DNA of 64,000 bases from an uncultured delta proteobacterium (GTDB lineage: Bacteria > Myxococcota > Kuafuiibacteriia > Kuafuiibacteriales > Kuafuiibacteriaceae), in NCBI GenBank assembly GCA_963803435.1, contig CAWDML010000001.1, positions 1,792,001-1,856,000 of the forward strand. Reading direction: 5' to 3'. Positions 9,134 to 22,195 of this stretch are shown piece after piece (positions within the stretch are counted from its first letter, which is position 1; each line of letters starts with the position of its first letter). Made by a program: the position numbers and the translations under genes. The notes beneath the pieces were generated by a model. That model saw only the letters and a program-made list of their open reading frames with translations, did not search any database and was not told the origin of the DNA.

Positions 9134-10207
9134 TCACCCGACGCGGATCGCCGAGGTCCGGCGATCGGCGCGCACGCCCTTCTGCTCGGACTTCGGCGCC
9201 TGGTCGTACGGCAGCATGATGTCGTTGTCGCTGGCCCGACCTTGGACGTAGGCGAGGAAGTCGCGGCTCGAGCCGAGCGTCGCATAGCGACGCGCCTTGC
9301 GACCGCTGAGCACGGCCTCGCGGCTCTCGTCGACCAGCCCGTCGATGCGCGGCGCCAGCGACGTCACGTGGATGCCCTCGCGGCCGAAGCGGAGCAGGCG
9401 CGCGCTGCAGGGGAACGCGACCGGCGAGGCGGTGAGGATATGATAGAACCCGCCGGTATGGCCGCGGGCCGCGATGCGCTGGATCCGCGAGGCGTGGTGA
9501 TGGCCGCACAGATAGGCCCGCACCTTCGGTGAGGCGGCGAGCAACGCGATGACGTCGTGGCGATTCGCGACCAGGTACTCGTCGTCCCACGATTGCAGGA
9601 AGTGCGGCTCCCAGGCGCGGTGAAGGAGATGATGCCCGAGGACGACGATGTGCTCCTCGGCGGCGCTGTACAGCTCGTCGGCGAGGAACTGCATCGTCTT
9701 GTCCGAGACATAGCCGCCGCCGGCGCCTTCGAGGGTGGTGTCGATGCCGATGACGCGGACGTTGCCGGCGCTCTGGGAGAAGTGGAAGCAGCCCGGACGA
9801 ATGCCGCGGCCGCCGAGACGCTCCGCGAACTCGTCCTTGGTGACGCGGCCGAAGCGCTTCGACTCGGCCTCGTGGTTCCCGACGATGCACACGAACCGAT
9901 CGAGCCGCTCCGCCAGCTGAGCGAAGGTTTCGAGGTCGCGCCGTCCTTCGACCTTGTTGTCGATGTTGTCGCCGCCGAAGAGCGCGAGGTCGACGTCGTG
10001 CGCGCGGATCTGCTCGACGAGATCCGACATGACTTCGACGCTGCGATGCTTGAGAGTCGCCGTTGGCCGTCCTCCCGGCGCAACGTGTGCATCGGTGATG
10101 TGCGCCAGGACAACGTCTCTGGCAGCAACGGCCCCCATCCTACGACTCCTTTTCAATCCCGGGGGTGCCGGGGGCAGATTCGCGTCACCGTAGCGGATCA
10201 CGGGCAT
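9134..10207 (-). CDS. Calcineurin-like metallophosphoesterase (Icc/CpdA-like)
   Basis: HITDAH, GGDNID, GNHE, GHH and CGHHH motifs. Start uncertain. Confidence 0.9.
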   Translation of the reverse strand: MPVIRYGDANLPPAPPGLKRSRRMGAVAARDVVLAHITDAHVAPGGRPTATLKHRSVEVMSDLVEQIRAHDVDLALFGGDNIDNKVEGRRDLETFAQLAERLDRFVCIVGNHEAESKRFGRVTKDEFAERLGGRGIRPGCFHFSQSAGNVRVIGIDTTLEGAGGGYVSDKTMQFLADELYSAAEEHIVVLGHHLLHRAWEPHFLQSWDDEYLVANRHDVIALLAASPKVRAYLCGHHHASRIQRIAARGHTGGFYHILTASPVAFPCSARLLRFGREGIHVTSLAPRIDGLVDESREAVLSGRKARRYATLGSSRDFLAYVQGRASDNDIMLPYDQAPKSEQKGVRADRRTSAIRVG

Positions 10208-10554
10208 CGATGGGTAGCCCCTCTCGGTGAGAAAACAAACTTTTCGACCAACGATTTCCCGCCGACGACGCGCTTGACAGCGGGCGCTTGCGCCTCGGAT
10301 CTGGGGCGAAAGCGTGCGACCCATCGGACTGACAGCGCTTTTCATATTCGGCTGCCACATCAAGCTCGCCAAACGGGAGATGGCACTCTTGGTCGACTGG
10401 CGCGGTGATCCGGAGCCCGGCTACCACCAGACGCTCGAGCGGAGCCTGGCGCGCCGTCTGAAGTCTGCCTACCACACCGAGCCGCTGACCCGGCGGATCG
10501 AGGCGGGAGCCTGACGACGGACGGCGTGGTGTAGAAGTTCTTCGAGCTCGACCG

Positions 10555-11859
10555 ATGATCCAGATTCGCGATCCGATCCACGGGACGATCCATCTCTCGG
10601 AGCAGGAGCTGCTCCTGGTCGATCACCCGGCCTACCAACGGCTCCGGATGATCAAGCAGCTCGGGCTGGCCGACTTTGCGTTCCCCGGCGCGACGCACAC
10701 GCGCTACGCGCACGGGCTCGGCACGATGCACATCGGCTCGCGGATGTTCGAGTCGATCGCCCGGCACTTCGAGCTGGAGGCGCGCGAGCGGCGCCGGCTC
10801 CACCAGACGCTGCGGCTGGCCTCGCTGTTCCACGATCTCGGCCACGCGCCGCTCTCCCACACCACCGAGGGCTTCATGCCGACCGTCGCGGAGCTGAAGC
10901 TGGGCGAGTGGATGACCGGCGCTCCGGAGCGGCGGGCCAGCCACGAGGATTACACGCTCAAGCTGCTGACCGACTCCGACTTCACGCGCGTCTTCGAGCG
11001 CGCGTTCGCGGACGAAGGCGTGACGCCCCTGGACGTGACGCGGCTGATCGCCGGACGCCGTCCGCCCAGCCTGCCTGCGGATCGCTTCCTGGTGGACGGG
11101 CGCGATTGGTCGCCGCTCCTCGAGCAGTGCGTGAGCTCGGAGCTCGACGCAGACCGCATGGACTACCTCTTGCGGGACTCCTACTACGCCGGCGTCCCCT
11201 ACGGGCGCTACGATCACGAGTGGCTGCTGGAGAACCTGGTGCCCGTGGAGCGCGACGGTGCGCTCTATCTGGGCCTGGAGGCGCGCGCGTCCTTCGGCTT
11301 CGACGATTACCTCCTGTCCCGCTACCACATGTTCATGTCCGTGTACTTCCACCACGTACCGATCGGGTACGAAGCGATGCTGCGCCGCTTCTACGGCGAC
11401 GCCGCCGGCGAGCTGGTGGTGCCGGCGGACGCCGAGGCGTACCTGTCCTTCGACGACGTGCACCTCTTCACCGTGCTGCGCAGCTCGAAGAGCGAGTGGG
11501 CGCGCCGGATCGTGGAGCGGCGGGCGTACCGGATGCTGGTGGAGGTGAAGGAGACCGTCGACGACGCCCAGGTGAAGAAGCGCGAGTCCCCGGACCTGGA
11601 CGACATCGCGCGCCGGCTGGAGCACGCCGGCATCAAGGTGATCAGCCACAGCCTGCGCGGCGCCCTCTCCAAGTACAGCGCTCCCGAGCTGTTCATCGTC
11701 GAGGAGGGGCGCCCCTTCCCCATCCAGGAGTACACGCCGCTCTACCGGCGCTATGCCGGCGCCATCCACCTCAAGCGCATCTACGTCGACCCCGATCGCT
11801 TCGAGGAGGCCCGCCGGCTCGGCGGAATCTCCTTGGCATCTCCGGCGGATGTCGACTAA
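10555..11859 (+). CDS. HD-domain phosphohydrolase (SAMHD1/YdhJ-like dNTPase family)
   Basis: IRDPIHG, QRLRMIKQLG, THTRYAHGLG, HDLGHAPLSH, LDADRMDYLLRDS. Confidence 0.92.
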   Translation: MIQIRDPIHGTIHLSEQELLLVDHPAYQRLRMIKQLGLADFAFPGATHTRYAHGLGTMHIGSRMFESIARHFELEARERRRLHQTLRLASLFHDLGHAPLSHTTEGFMPTVAELKLGEWMTGAPERRASHEDYTLKLLTDSDFTRVFERAFADEGVTPLDVTRLIAGRRPPSLPADRFLVDGRDWSPLLEQCVSSELDADRMDYLLRDSYYAGVPYGRYDHEWLLENLVPVERDGALYLGLEARASFGFDDYLLSRYHMFMSVYFHHVPIGYEAMLRRFYGDAAGELVVPADAEAYLSFDDVHLFTVLRSSKSEWARRIVERRAYRMLVEVKETVDDAQVKKRESPDLDDIARRLEHAGIKVISHSLRGALSKYSAPELFIVEEGRPFPIQEYTPLYRRYAGAIHLKRIYVDPDRFEEARRLGGISLASPADVD

Positions 11860-11871
11860 TCCGCACCGTCT

Positions 11872-14461
11872 ATGGCGATCACCATCATCGGCGCCGGACC
11901 GAGCGCCGAGAAGGCCGAGGACGTACTGCCGCGAGCCGAGGTCGACCTCCCCAACCCCGCGTCGGTGCCCGAGAACCACCGGCTCCTCGATCGGGCGCGG
12001 CTCACGTCGCTGCTCTCGCACGAGCGGCCGCTGATCCGGACGTACGCGCTCGAGCAGATCGCGCGGCGTGAGGGCGAGGACTGGGAGGATGCGCTGATCG
12101 GGGCCTCGGCGGACGTCGATCCGCTGGTGAGCGCCGAGGCGATCGCGATCCTGGGCCAACGCAAGTCCACCAAGGCGATCGAGCCGATCGCGAAGCGGTT
12201 CGAGACCGGCTCCGGCGAGCTGGCGGCGGTGGCGGCCAGCGCGCTGGGACAGATCGCGCCCGAGCGGCTCCTCGAGGTGATGAAGCTGCGGGGCCGCCTC
12301 GACGACGAGGCCTACGCGGCGACCGCGACCTCGATCGCGATCATCCCCTCGCCCGAGGTGATCGAGTTCCTTTCGAAGGCCCTCAACCGCGCGGGGGCGC
12401 TCTCACCGGAGCGGCGCGGCACGCTCTACGGTGCGGCCCTCCTCTCCGGAAACGTGGAGCTGTCGGCCCGCGTGATCGGGCTGGCGATCACCGACTCGCA
12501 GGAGGAGGAGCCCGAGGGCTCGGCCTTCCCCACGCGGGCGGCCCTCGGCGGGATCGCGGGCGTGCCGATGCAGCTGACCGCCAGGCCGGCCGGGCTCGAG
12601 CTGTTCGATCAGTCGCGCGAGATCCTGGAGAAGATCGTCCTGCCGCTGCTCGGCGAGGAGGACCGAAAGAACCTCGAGCAGGCGTTGAAGCTCAAGCGCG
12701 CCGGCGAGGTCCTCTCGGGGCTGGAGCCGGTGCTCTCGATGGCCGCGGCGCCGGCCGAGACGGACGAAGAGAAGCAGGACGTGGTCGAGGAGCTCGGGAC
12801 CATGCCCGAGCGCCGGCGCGGACTGCTCCGCGCGCTGATCGCCCGGGCCGACGCCATCGGCAAGCTGGAGCTCAACTCGGCGGCGCTGTTCGTGGCCGCC
12901 GCCGTCAAGGCCAGCGTGGTGATCGCGGCCGGAGGGGACGAGGCGTCGAGCGAGGCGGTGACGTCGCTGGCGAAGGCCCTCGAGGGTGAAGTGTCGTCCG
13001 AGCGGCTCGCGCACATGCGGACGGACGAGCTGACCGAGATCTTCCGGGCCAAGAGCCCGCGGGCGATGCGGCGGGTCCTGGCGGTGCTGACGCGGGAGAG
13101 CTTCCGGCGCTCGCGCACGCTGCTGCGCTTCGCCAAGGCGTCGATCCTCGGCGGGCACGCGAAGGAGCTCCTCGAGACCATGTCCGACGTGGAGGAGGTC
13201 GGGATCCAGAACCCGATCCTCGACGCGTTCGCGGCGTGTCCGGTGGCGTCGGAGGCTGCGGTCGTCGACGTCTTCGCCGAGCGGCCGCTCAACGAGAAGG
13301 TGCTCCCGTACGCGCTCGCCGTCGCCGAGGAGCTGCGCACCGAGCGAATCGGGCTGGCGATCGCGCGGCGGTTCTACGAGCTGCGGGACCACGGCCGCGC
13401 CGCCGTGGCGCGCACGCTGATGCGCGTGGCCGACCCGCGCGCGATCCCGCTGCTCGAGTCGCGCGCCTATCCGGAGGAAGCCGAGGAGGTGGCGTGGACG
13501 GTGCTGTCGCTGCTCGAGGGGAGACCGGTCGAGGGACGCCTCGAGGAGGCGCTCACGCGCACGATGGGCGGGCGCGACGACGGTCAGGGACTGCCGCTCC
13601 GAGTCCCGCTCCGCTGCAGGCGCTGCAACGAGACGCTCACCTACGCGTTCCGCCGGGCGTTCCTCGACGTCGAGGCCAAGGATCAGTGGGGTGACCCGGC
13701 GTTCGTCGGCGAGGTGAAGTGCAAGGCCTGTGGGTTCGACGAGGAGCCGTTCGAGCCCACCGAGACCGCGACGCAGATCCTCACCAGCCACATGATCGAG
13801 GTCCTGGCGGCGTCGCGGGCGGGACGGCCGGTCGACCGCGCGCTGGTGACGCCGGCCCAGACCACCGTGAAGGGCCAGCGCATGGGCTTCGCGCGGGCGT
13901 TGCGGACGCTCAATCAAGACGTCGCCGCCTCGCCCGGATCGATCCGCACCCGCCTTCACCGCGCGCGGATGCGGTTGATGCTGGAGCGACCGGGCGCCGC
14001 GGAGGACGTCGAGCGCGTGCTGGCGGAGGATCCGAACGCGGTCGAGGGCCTGACGCTGCGCGCTTCAATCGCGATGCGCGCTCAGGACTACGTGGCGGCG
14101 GCCGAGAGCGTGCTGGAGGCGATCAAGCGGCTCGACGACCCCGAGGGACCCCGGCTCTACGACGTGGAGGATCCGGGGCCCTTCCGGGAGAGCCTCGAGG
14201 AGCTGCTGGTCGATCTGCGACATCTCGGTGCGCCCATCCCGGAGAGCATCAGCCTGCAGGCCGCCGAGACCCGCCTGAGGATGCGCTCCCAAGAGATGGA
14301 GGCCCGGCGCGCCGAGTTCGAAGAGGACCGAGCCCCGCGGCCGCCGGCTCGGCAGGAGCGCCGCGAATCTCAATCCCGAGGTGCTGAAGAGGACCGGACG
14401 CAACGACCCCTGTCCGTGCGGAAGCGGCAAGAAGTTCAAGAAGTGCCACGGCGCGCAATAG
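11872..14461 (+). CDS. HEAT/TPR-repeat protein with Zn-ribbon and C-terminal SEC-C motif (frameshift near 14340)
   Basis: HEAT-like repeats and CRRC...CKAC; in the +1 frame, [21 protein letters not shown] ends with TAG at 14459-14461. Confidence 0.8.
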
Positions 14462-15849
14462 CTCTCCTCATCGCCGCAGCGCTCACCGCGTGCCGGATCC
14501 TCCCCTCTCCGCCGCTCGAGAGCGCGCCGGGTACGGATCCAATTCCGGAGCACCCGGCGGGCCTGTCGGTCGAGGACGTCCGCGTCTTCTCCGCAAGCGG
14601 CGCCACCGCGGCCACCTTCTCGCTGCGGGGCGCCGCCACGTACGACGTCGGAGAGGACACGTTCAGCCGGCGCTCCTCTTACAACGCGTGGCGCGGCACC
14701 TGCCGGCTGACCCCAGCCGGGAGCGCCTGCTCGATCGAGCCGCACCGGGGCGTGCAGACCTCGACGATGGGGCTGGCGCTCTTGCCCGGTCCGCGCGGGC
14801 TGCGCGGCGCGTGGTTCGACGCCGCCGGCACGCTCGATCTGGTGGAGGGGGCCGCCGGGATCGCGGTGCGGGCGGGGACGCGGACGCTCGCCGAGGTCGC
14901 GTTCGATCGGCGGCCGCCGTCGGGCTGGATCGATCAGCGGCTGGGTGGGATCCAGCGGGCGCGGATCGCGCCTCTGCTGCTCGCGCTGGCGGCGCTTCCG
15001 GATCCGCGCGCGCTCTTCTCGAACGCCGAGGTCGCCGTCGGGACCGCCACCCCCGCCGTCTCGAGGGCGTCGATGAAGGCGTTGCTCGGCCCGGATCTCG
15101 AGGAGCTCGGGCGCGGCCCGCCGGAGCCTGCGTACGGCCCCGACACGAGGTTCTGGCGGGCCTTCTTCTTCGTGGCCGAGCTGGTCGGCGTCGGCGGCAG
15201 CTTTCCGATTGCGACCCCGCTGCCCGACGAAGGTGCGCCGGCCCGCCTCTCGCCGCGCGCCGCCTACAGCGTCTACACCGGCGTCGATTACGCCGACTTC
15301 ATCCAGCTCCTCGCCGGCGTCGAGAGCCGCTCGATCGCGTTCGACGCGGGCGAGCTCGCCAAGGTCTCGCCGCCGGGCGGGTTCGAGGTGCACGGACACA
15401 TCCGGCTCGCCCTCACCGGCCGGGTCACGTTCTTCCGCGCGGGCGCGTTCGCCTCGTATCTCGGCCTCGAGCGGGTCTGGCTGGTGACCGACACGACCTC
15501 GATCCTCTTCCAGACGGCCGACATCGATCCGGCGGCGCACACCGGCTATTCCGTGACCGCGCAGTTCCACGGCAGCGGGTGGGCGCCGCTGTTCGGGCTC
15601 AAGTATCGGTTCGGGCCGGTCCTGCACGGCGGGGACTGGTGGAGCGGCGTCTCCAGCGACGTGCTGCTCGAGGGGCGCTACGAGTCGATCGAGTGGGGCG
15701 TGCCGAAGATCGTCTTCCAGACCCTCGGCAACGATCCGGCGATCGCGGATCGAGCGCTCGGGACCGCAACGGCGTGGTTGAACACCTATCCGACACCGCG
15801 ACGCACGCACCACGTCGGCTTCCGGCTCGCGCTCCAGGTCAGGTTTTGA
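14443..15849 (+). CDS. Lipoprotein with C-terminal outer-membrane barrel-like region
   Basis: GTG start [17 protein letters not shown] (lipobox); ends LALQVRF. It appears fused to the upstream gene in the ORF track only because of the frameshift. Confidence 0.65.
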   Translation: MPRRAIALLIAAALTACRILPSPPLESAPGTDPIPEHPAGLSVEDVRVFSASGATAATFSLRGAATYDVGEDTFSRRSSYNAWRGTCRLTPAGSACSIEPHRGVQTSTMGLALLPGPRGLRGAWFDAAGTLDLVEGAAGIAVRAGTRTLAEVAFDRRPPSGWIDQRLGGIQRARIAPLLLALAALPDPRALFSNAEVAVGTATPAVSRASMKALLGPDLEELGRGPPEPAYGPDTRFWRAFFFVAELVGVGGSFPIATPLPDEGAPARLSPRAAYSVYTGVDYADFIQLLAGVESRSIAFDAGELAKVSPPGGFEVHGHIRLALTGRVTFFRAGAFASYLGLERVWLVTDTTSILFQTADIDPAAHTGYSVTAQFHGSGWAPLFGLKYRFGPVLHGGDWWSGVSSDVLLEGRYESIEWGVPKIVFQTLGNDPAIADRALGTATAWLNTYPTPRRTHHVGFRLALQVRF

Positions 15850-15964
15850 GGCGGCTTGTGCGTCCTCGAGTGCACACGCCGGCCAGCCGCTCGAGACCGC
15901 GCCGCGCGCCGCTTTTCGCGTAGTGGGTGTGCGCGGCCTGCGGATCTGCTAGCGAGAGCGCCGC

Positions 15965-16612
15965 ATGACTTTGACGTTCTACTACGGATCCGGATCTCCC
16001 TACGCCTGGCGCGTGTGGCTCGGCCTCGAGCACAAGCAGGTGCCCTACGAGCAGAAAGTCCTGTCGTTCTCGGCAGGAGACCACAGAAAGCCCGAGTTCC
16101 TCGCCATCAACCCGCGGCACAAGGTGCCGGTGATCATCGACGACGGCTTCGCGCTCCACGAGTCGTCGGCGATCCTCGAGTACCTCGACGAGCGGTTCCC
16201 CGATGGCCCACCGCTGTTTCCGGGCGACGTCCGCGCCCGCGCGATCGCGCGGCGCCTCATCCGTGAGGCGGACACGTACGTCATGGAGTCGTCGAGCGAC
16301 CTCACGGGCGAGCTCTTCTCCACGAAGCCAGCCGCCGACTGGGATCAGGAGAAGATCGCGGGCGGGAAGCAGAAGGTGCTGGAGGAGCTCGCGCGCTTCG
16401 AGGGCTACCTGACTAACGAGTGGCTGGCCGGCCCGCGAGTGAGCGCCGCCGATCTCTCGCTCTACCCGATGCTCGCGACGCTCGGGCGGCTCGAGAAGAA
16501 GAAGCCGGACCTGGGCCTGCTGGCCGCGCTACCGCCCAAGGTGGCCGGCTGGTTCGAGCGCTTCAAGGCGTTGCCGTACGCCGACAAGACCTATCCGCCG
16601 CACTGGCGCTAG
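15965..16612 (+). CDS. Glutathione S-transferase family protein
   Basis: GSGSPYAWRV, INPRHKVPVI, ESSAILEYLDE, SAADL. Confidence 0.93.
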   Translation: MTLTFYYGSGSPYAWRVWLGLEHKQVPYEQKVLSFSAGDHRKPEFLAINPRHKVPVIIDDGFALHESSAILEYLDERFPDGPPLFPGDVRARAIARRLIREADTYVMESSSDLTGELFSTKPAADWDQEKIAGGKQKVLEELARFEGYLTNEWLAGPRVSAADLSLYPMLATLGRLEKKKPDLGLLAALPPKVAGWFERFKALPYADKTYPPHWR

Positions 16613-16649
16613 GAGCGTGTAGCGCGTAGCGCTACCGCGAGCCCGGTCC

Positions 16650-16807
16650 TCGGCGGTGTTGTTCACGATGGAATCGGATGCCCGCCGAAGCTGATCGCGG
16701 ACGTGAGCGTGACCGGGTTGCAGTTCTTGTGCGATCTCTTCAGCGATGTCGGCATACTCGACGGCGAGCTGGTAGACCTCGAGCTTCTCGTGATCGAGAG
16801 TGACCAT
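16650..16807 (-). pseudogene. Four-helix-bundle (23S rRNA IVP family) gene, 3'-truncated
   Basis: MVTLDHEKLEVYQLAVEYAD...RDQLRRASDSIVNNTAE, then joined directly to the terminal repeat. Confidence 0.85.
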
Positions 16808-16913
16808 GCAAGCTAGCTTGCGGTAGCTCGTCCACTTGACCAGCAGGAGTTCTTGGAGGTCGTTTCGTCTGGAATCGATCGTTGGGCGGATCGACTTCGA
16901 CGCCTGGACTTGA

Positions 16914-17761
16914 TCGAAGTCCTGAAGCTTTGCCAGAAAGCAGGTTTGGTGCGGCTCGGACACGTCGCACTCGATGGCTCGAAGGTGCAGGCGAACGCGA
17001 GCAAGCACAAGGCGATGACCTACGAGCGGATGACCGAGGAGGAGAAGCGGCTGTCTCTCGAGATCGAAGAACTGCTGGAGCGAGCGCGCACGATCGACCA
17101 AGAGGAAGACGAGCGGCTGGGCGTTGAAGAGACTGAAGAGGACATCCCAGCGGAGCTCGCTCGCCGTGAATCCCGCCTTGCCCGCATTCGAGAAGCGAAG
17201 GCTGCGCTGGAACAGGATGCCGCCAGGGCTCGCGCGGAGAAATTGCGCAGGCAAGCCGAAGAGCAGCAGAGCAAAGCGGATGATGCTCTTGTGGATCGGG
17301 TGGAGCAGAAGCGAGCGAGAACTCGAGCCGAGAAGGCAAGAGCGCAGGCTGACCAGCTCGAACCATCCCCAGACCCAACTGAACGAAGTGATGGATGGCC
17401 GCATCATCGCGTTCCTGCAAATGTGGACGGCACACCGAGGCCCCACGCTCAGAGGAACTTCACCGACTCAGACAGCATGATCATGTTGAAGGAGGGAGCG
17501 TACCTCCAGGCCTACAATGCCAAGTTGTCGTAGATGAGCACGCTCAGGTGATTGTCGCCGAAGGGGTCAGCAACCAGGCACCTGATCAGCAACACCTCGT
17601 CCGTCGAACCGGCGCTCGGACAGATCAAAGCGGCACGAGGATTCCGCCGGTTCTCGCTAGGCTCCTTCTTCAAGGTACGAGCCGAGTGGACGCTCGTCTG
17701 CCTCACCCACAACCTGCTCAAGCTCTACCGATCGAAGCTCGCGACCGTCGCGAGCGTCTGA
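16914..17761 (+). pseudogene. IS1182-family transposase remnant
   Basis: VALDGSKVQANASKHKAM, NFTDSDS, QAYNA (frameshift), internal deletion, VEPALGQIK...GFRRFSL...HNLLKL. Confidence 0.88.
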
Positions 17762-17783
17762 CTCAAGGCAGCCATCTTCAGAT

Positions 17784-17817
17784 CGGGACCCGGACCGGGA
17801 CCGGGACCCGGACCGGG
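17784..17817 (+). repeat. Subterminal GGGACC/CGGACC hexamer tract
   Basis: cgggacccggaccgggaccgggacccggaccggg, directly inside the terminal repeat. Confidence 0.85.
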
Positions 17818-17857
17818 GTCGCGTGAGCGCTTACGTGCTACACGCTCCTAGGCCGGC

Positions 17858-19160
17858 TCAGCCCCCTCGGGCCGCGCCGAACGATCGCTCGAACAGACCG
17901 TGGATGGCCTGCTGGCCCTCCTCGGTGAGGAAGCGCGTGCCGGTGCCGACGAAGCGGGTCCGGGTGATCCGGGGCGGATCGACGGGCTGCCAGCCGGTGT
18001 CGATGGCGCGGAGCCAGCCCCGCTTCTCCTGATCGTATACGTGCACGGGCTTCTTGAAGTGCCGCGCCAGCTCGGCGGCCCAGCCCGTGCCGCCGTGCAC
18101 GATGCCGTCATCGGTGATCGTGCCGACTACGAAGACCTCCTGCGCCGACTCGACCTGGTGCCAGATCGTCTGGAGCATCTTCTGGAACTGGGGGGTGCGC
18201 GGGAAGCGCCGGTGGAGCTGCGCGTCCACGTAGGCGGGGCTGACCGCGCCGCGGTGGAGCTCGGAATCGTCGAGCTCGACCAGGCCGCGCGTGCGCTGCG
18301 TGGTCCGCCCTGCGAAGGAGTACGTCACCTCGGCCACGCCGAGCGCCTCGGCGAGCGCGCCGAACGCGGCCTCGGCGCCGGGTGCGCCCCCCGACACCAG
18401 CGTATAAGCGGCCGCCACCAGACGCGGCGGGTGGAGGTCGGCCGTCCCGCCGACCACCAGTCGAAACGTATCGGGCGTGAGGATGAGCGGAGGCTCGTCG
18501 CTGACCGGGTGGCCGTGATCCTTGAGCAGCCGGACGCTGATCTGATCGTGGTGCGGCTCGAGGAAGAGCGCCACGTCGATCAGATCCGCGCAGGGCTCGC
18601 ACGGGGGGGCGATCGTCTTGGGATGTGCAGGCGTCATGCCGCGATGCGTCTGCGCGCTCATCCACAGCTCGGCGTCGATGCGCTTGGCGATGGCCTTGAG
18701 GGCGCCGATGTCGGCGGACGTCTCGGCAAGCGGGCGCTCCCAGTCGAAGCCGTCGATCAGGATGGCCGCCGGCTTGAACTCGAGGTGCTGTCCGTACAAC
18801 GCCAGCGCCTTCTCCACCTGATCCGGCGCCGAGGCGGTCGCCGGCACCGCATGGATGATCCGCGAGCGCTCGACCTTGGTGCGCTCGGTCTCGCGGGACT
18901 CGAGCTTGCTGAGCCGGGCCAGATCGTCGAAGAGCGCGTCGTACCAGCACTGCACGTGATCGACGGTCTGGTCCAGCGAGACGTGGAGGACCTGCCGCTC
19001 GCGCATGAGATCGTCGAGGCCGATCTGCACCAGGCAACGCGGTCTTGCCCACGCCCGCCCGCGCCATCACCACGCCCAGGTTGCCCCGCCCGAGCCCGCC
19101 GTGGATCGACCGCTCGAGGATCCGGAGCGGGCTGTGCTCGTTCACTTCCTTCCTGTACAT
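17858..19160 (-). CDS. RecA/KaiC-like P-loop ATPase with C-terminal DprA/YspA-like domain (frameshift near 19035)
   Basis: MYRKEVNEHSPLRILERSIHGGLGRGNLGVVMARAGVGKT continues in another frame as QIGLDDLM...ILIDG; C-terminal SGGAPGAEAAF and GGTGWAAE. Confidence 0.75.
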
Positions 19161-19174
19161 GCGTCTCGTCCCCC

Positions 19175-21292
<2,118 letters not shown>

Positions 21293-21376
21293 GTCACGGC
21301 TTCGTGATGCAAGCGATCGAATCTGTAAAGCGTCAAAGATGTCACCGGGCGGCACTCGTGCTATCCCGCGGCGACC

Positions 21377-22081
21377 ATGGCTAAGGTGTTCACGACCTGG
21401 ACGGTGCTCCCTCACGGGCCCCTCGAGAAGCTCTCGGAGAACCTCTGGCGGCTCGAAGGGACGATGCCCGACGGGACCACCAAGCGCGTGATGTCGCTGG
21501 TGCGACTGCAGGATGGGCGGATCCTGCTGCACAACGCGATCGCGCTGGAAGAAGACCTGATGGCGGAAATCCAGGGCTGGGGAACGCCGGCCGCGATCCT
21601 GGTCCCCAACGGGTTCCACCGTCAGGACGCCCGGATCATGAAGGACCGCTTCTCGGAGGCGAAGGTCTACTGCCCCACCGGCGCGACGAAGGCGGTCACC
21701 GCGGTGGTGCCGGTGGACGGCAACTACGACGCCGCGCCCCAGGACGAGAGCGTGAAGGTTCGGCACCTGGCGGGGATGAAGGAGCGCGAGGGCGTGGTCG
21801 AGGTGAGCTCGGAGGACGGCCGCTCCGTCATCTTCTGCGACACCCTCTTGAACCTGAAGGACGCGCCCCACGTCTTCAAGCTGTTCCTGTCGCCGCTCGG
21901 CCGCCCCAGCGTCCCGCTCTTCATGCGGTGGTTTCTGATCAACCAGAAGAAGGCGCTCAAGGCGGACCTCGAGACGATGGCCGCGCAAGAGGGCTTGCGC
22001 AGGCTGATCCCAGGCCACGGGCAGATGGTCGACAGCGACGCCCGCACGGCGCTCTCGACCGCCGCCGCCGGGCTCGGCTGA
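21377..22081 (+). CDS. DUF4336-like / metallo-beta-lactamase-like protein
   Basis: [30 protein letters not shown]. Confidence 0.7.
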   Translation: MAKVFTTWTVLPHGPLEKLSENLWRLEGTMPDGTTKRVMSLVRLQDGRILLHNAIALEEDLMAEIQGWGTPAAILVPNGFHRQDARIMKDRFSEAKVYCPTGATKAVTAVVPVDGNYDAAPQDESVKVRHLAGMKEREGVVEVSSEDGRSVIFCDTLLNLKDAPHVFKLFLSPLGRPSVPLFMRWFLINQKKALKADLETMAAQEGLRRLIPGHGQMVDSDARTALSTAAAGLG

Positions 22082-22195
22082 GCAACCGCCTGCCTGCCGC
22101 CCGAGGATCGCGCGCAATCGCTTGCTCGGGAGCCGCCCGTCTCAACCTGGATCACGAGCGATCACGCCGGGTGTACGCCTTGCGAGAGCCCTCGC

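Larger units (their letters stand above)
16609..17851. mobile_element. IS1182-derived composite element with four-helix-bundle passenger, copy 1 (internally deleted)
   Basis: CTAG at both ends (16609-16612, 17848-17851); inverted termini GAGCGTGTAGC...; transposase and four-helix-bundle fragments inside. Confidence 0.85.

Noticed and set aside
10314-10514. Small ORF (66 aa) upstream of the HD gene
   Set aside because: No recognisable motif or clear SD. It may be real, but I cannot support it.
9134-11859. Metallophosphoesterase plus HD dNTPase as an anti-phage defence pair
   Set aside because: The genes are divergent, have host-like composition and belong to common housekeeping families, with no defence-island context.
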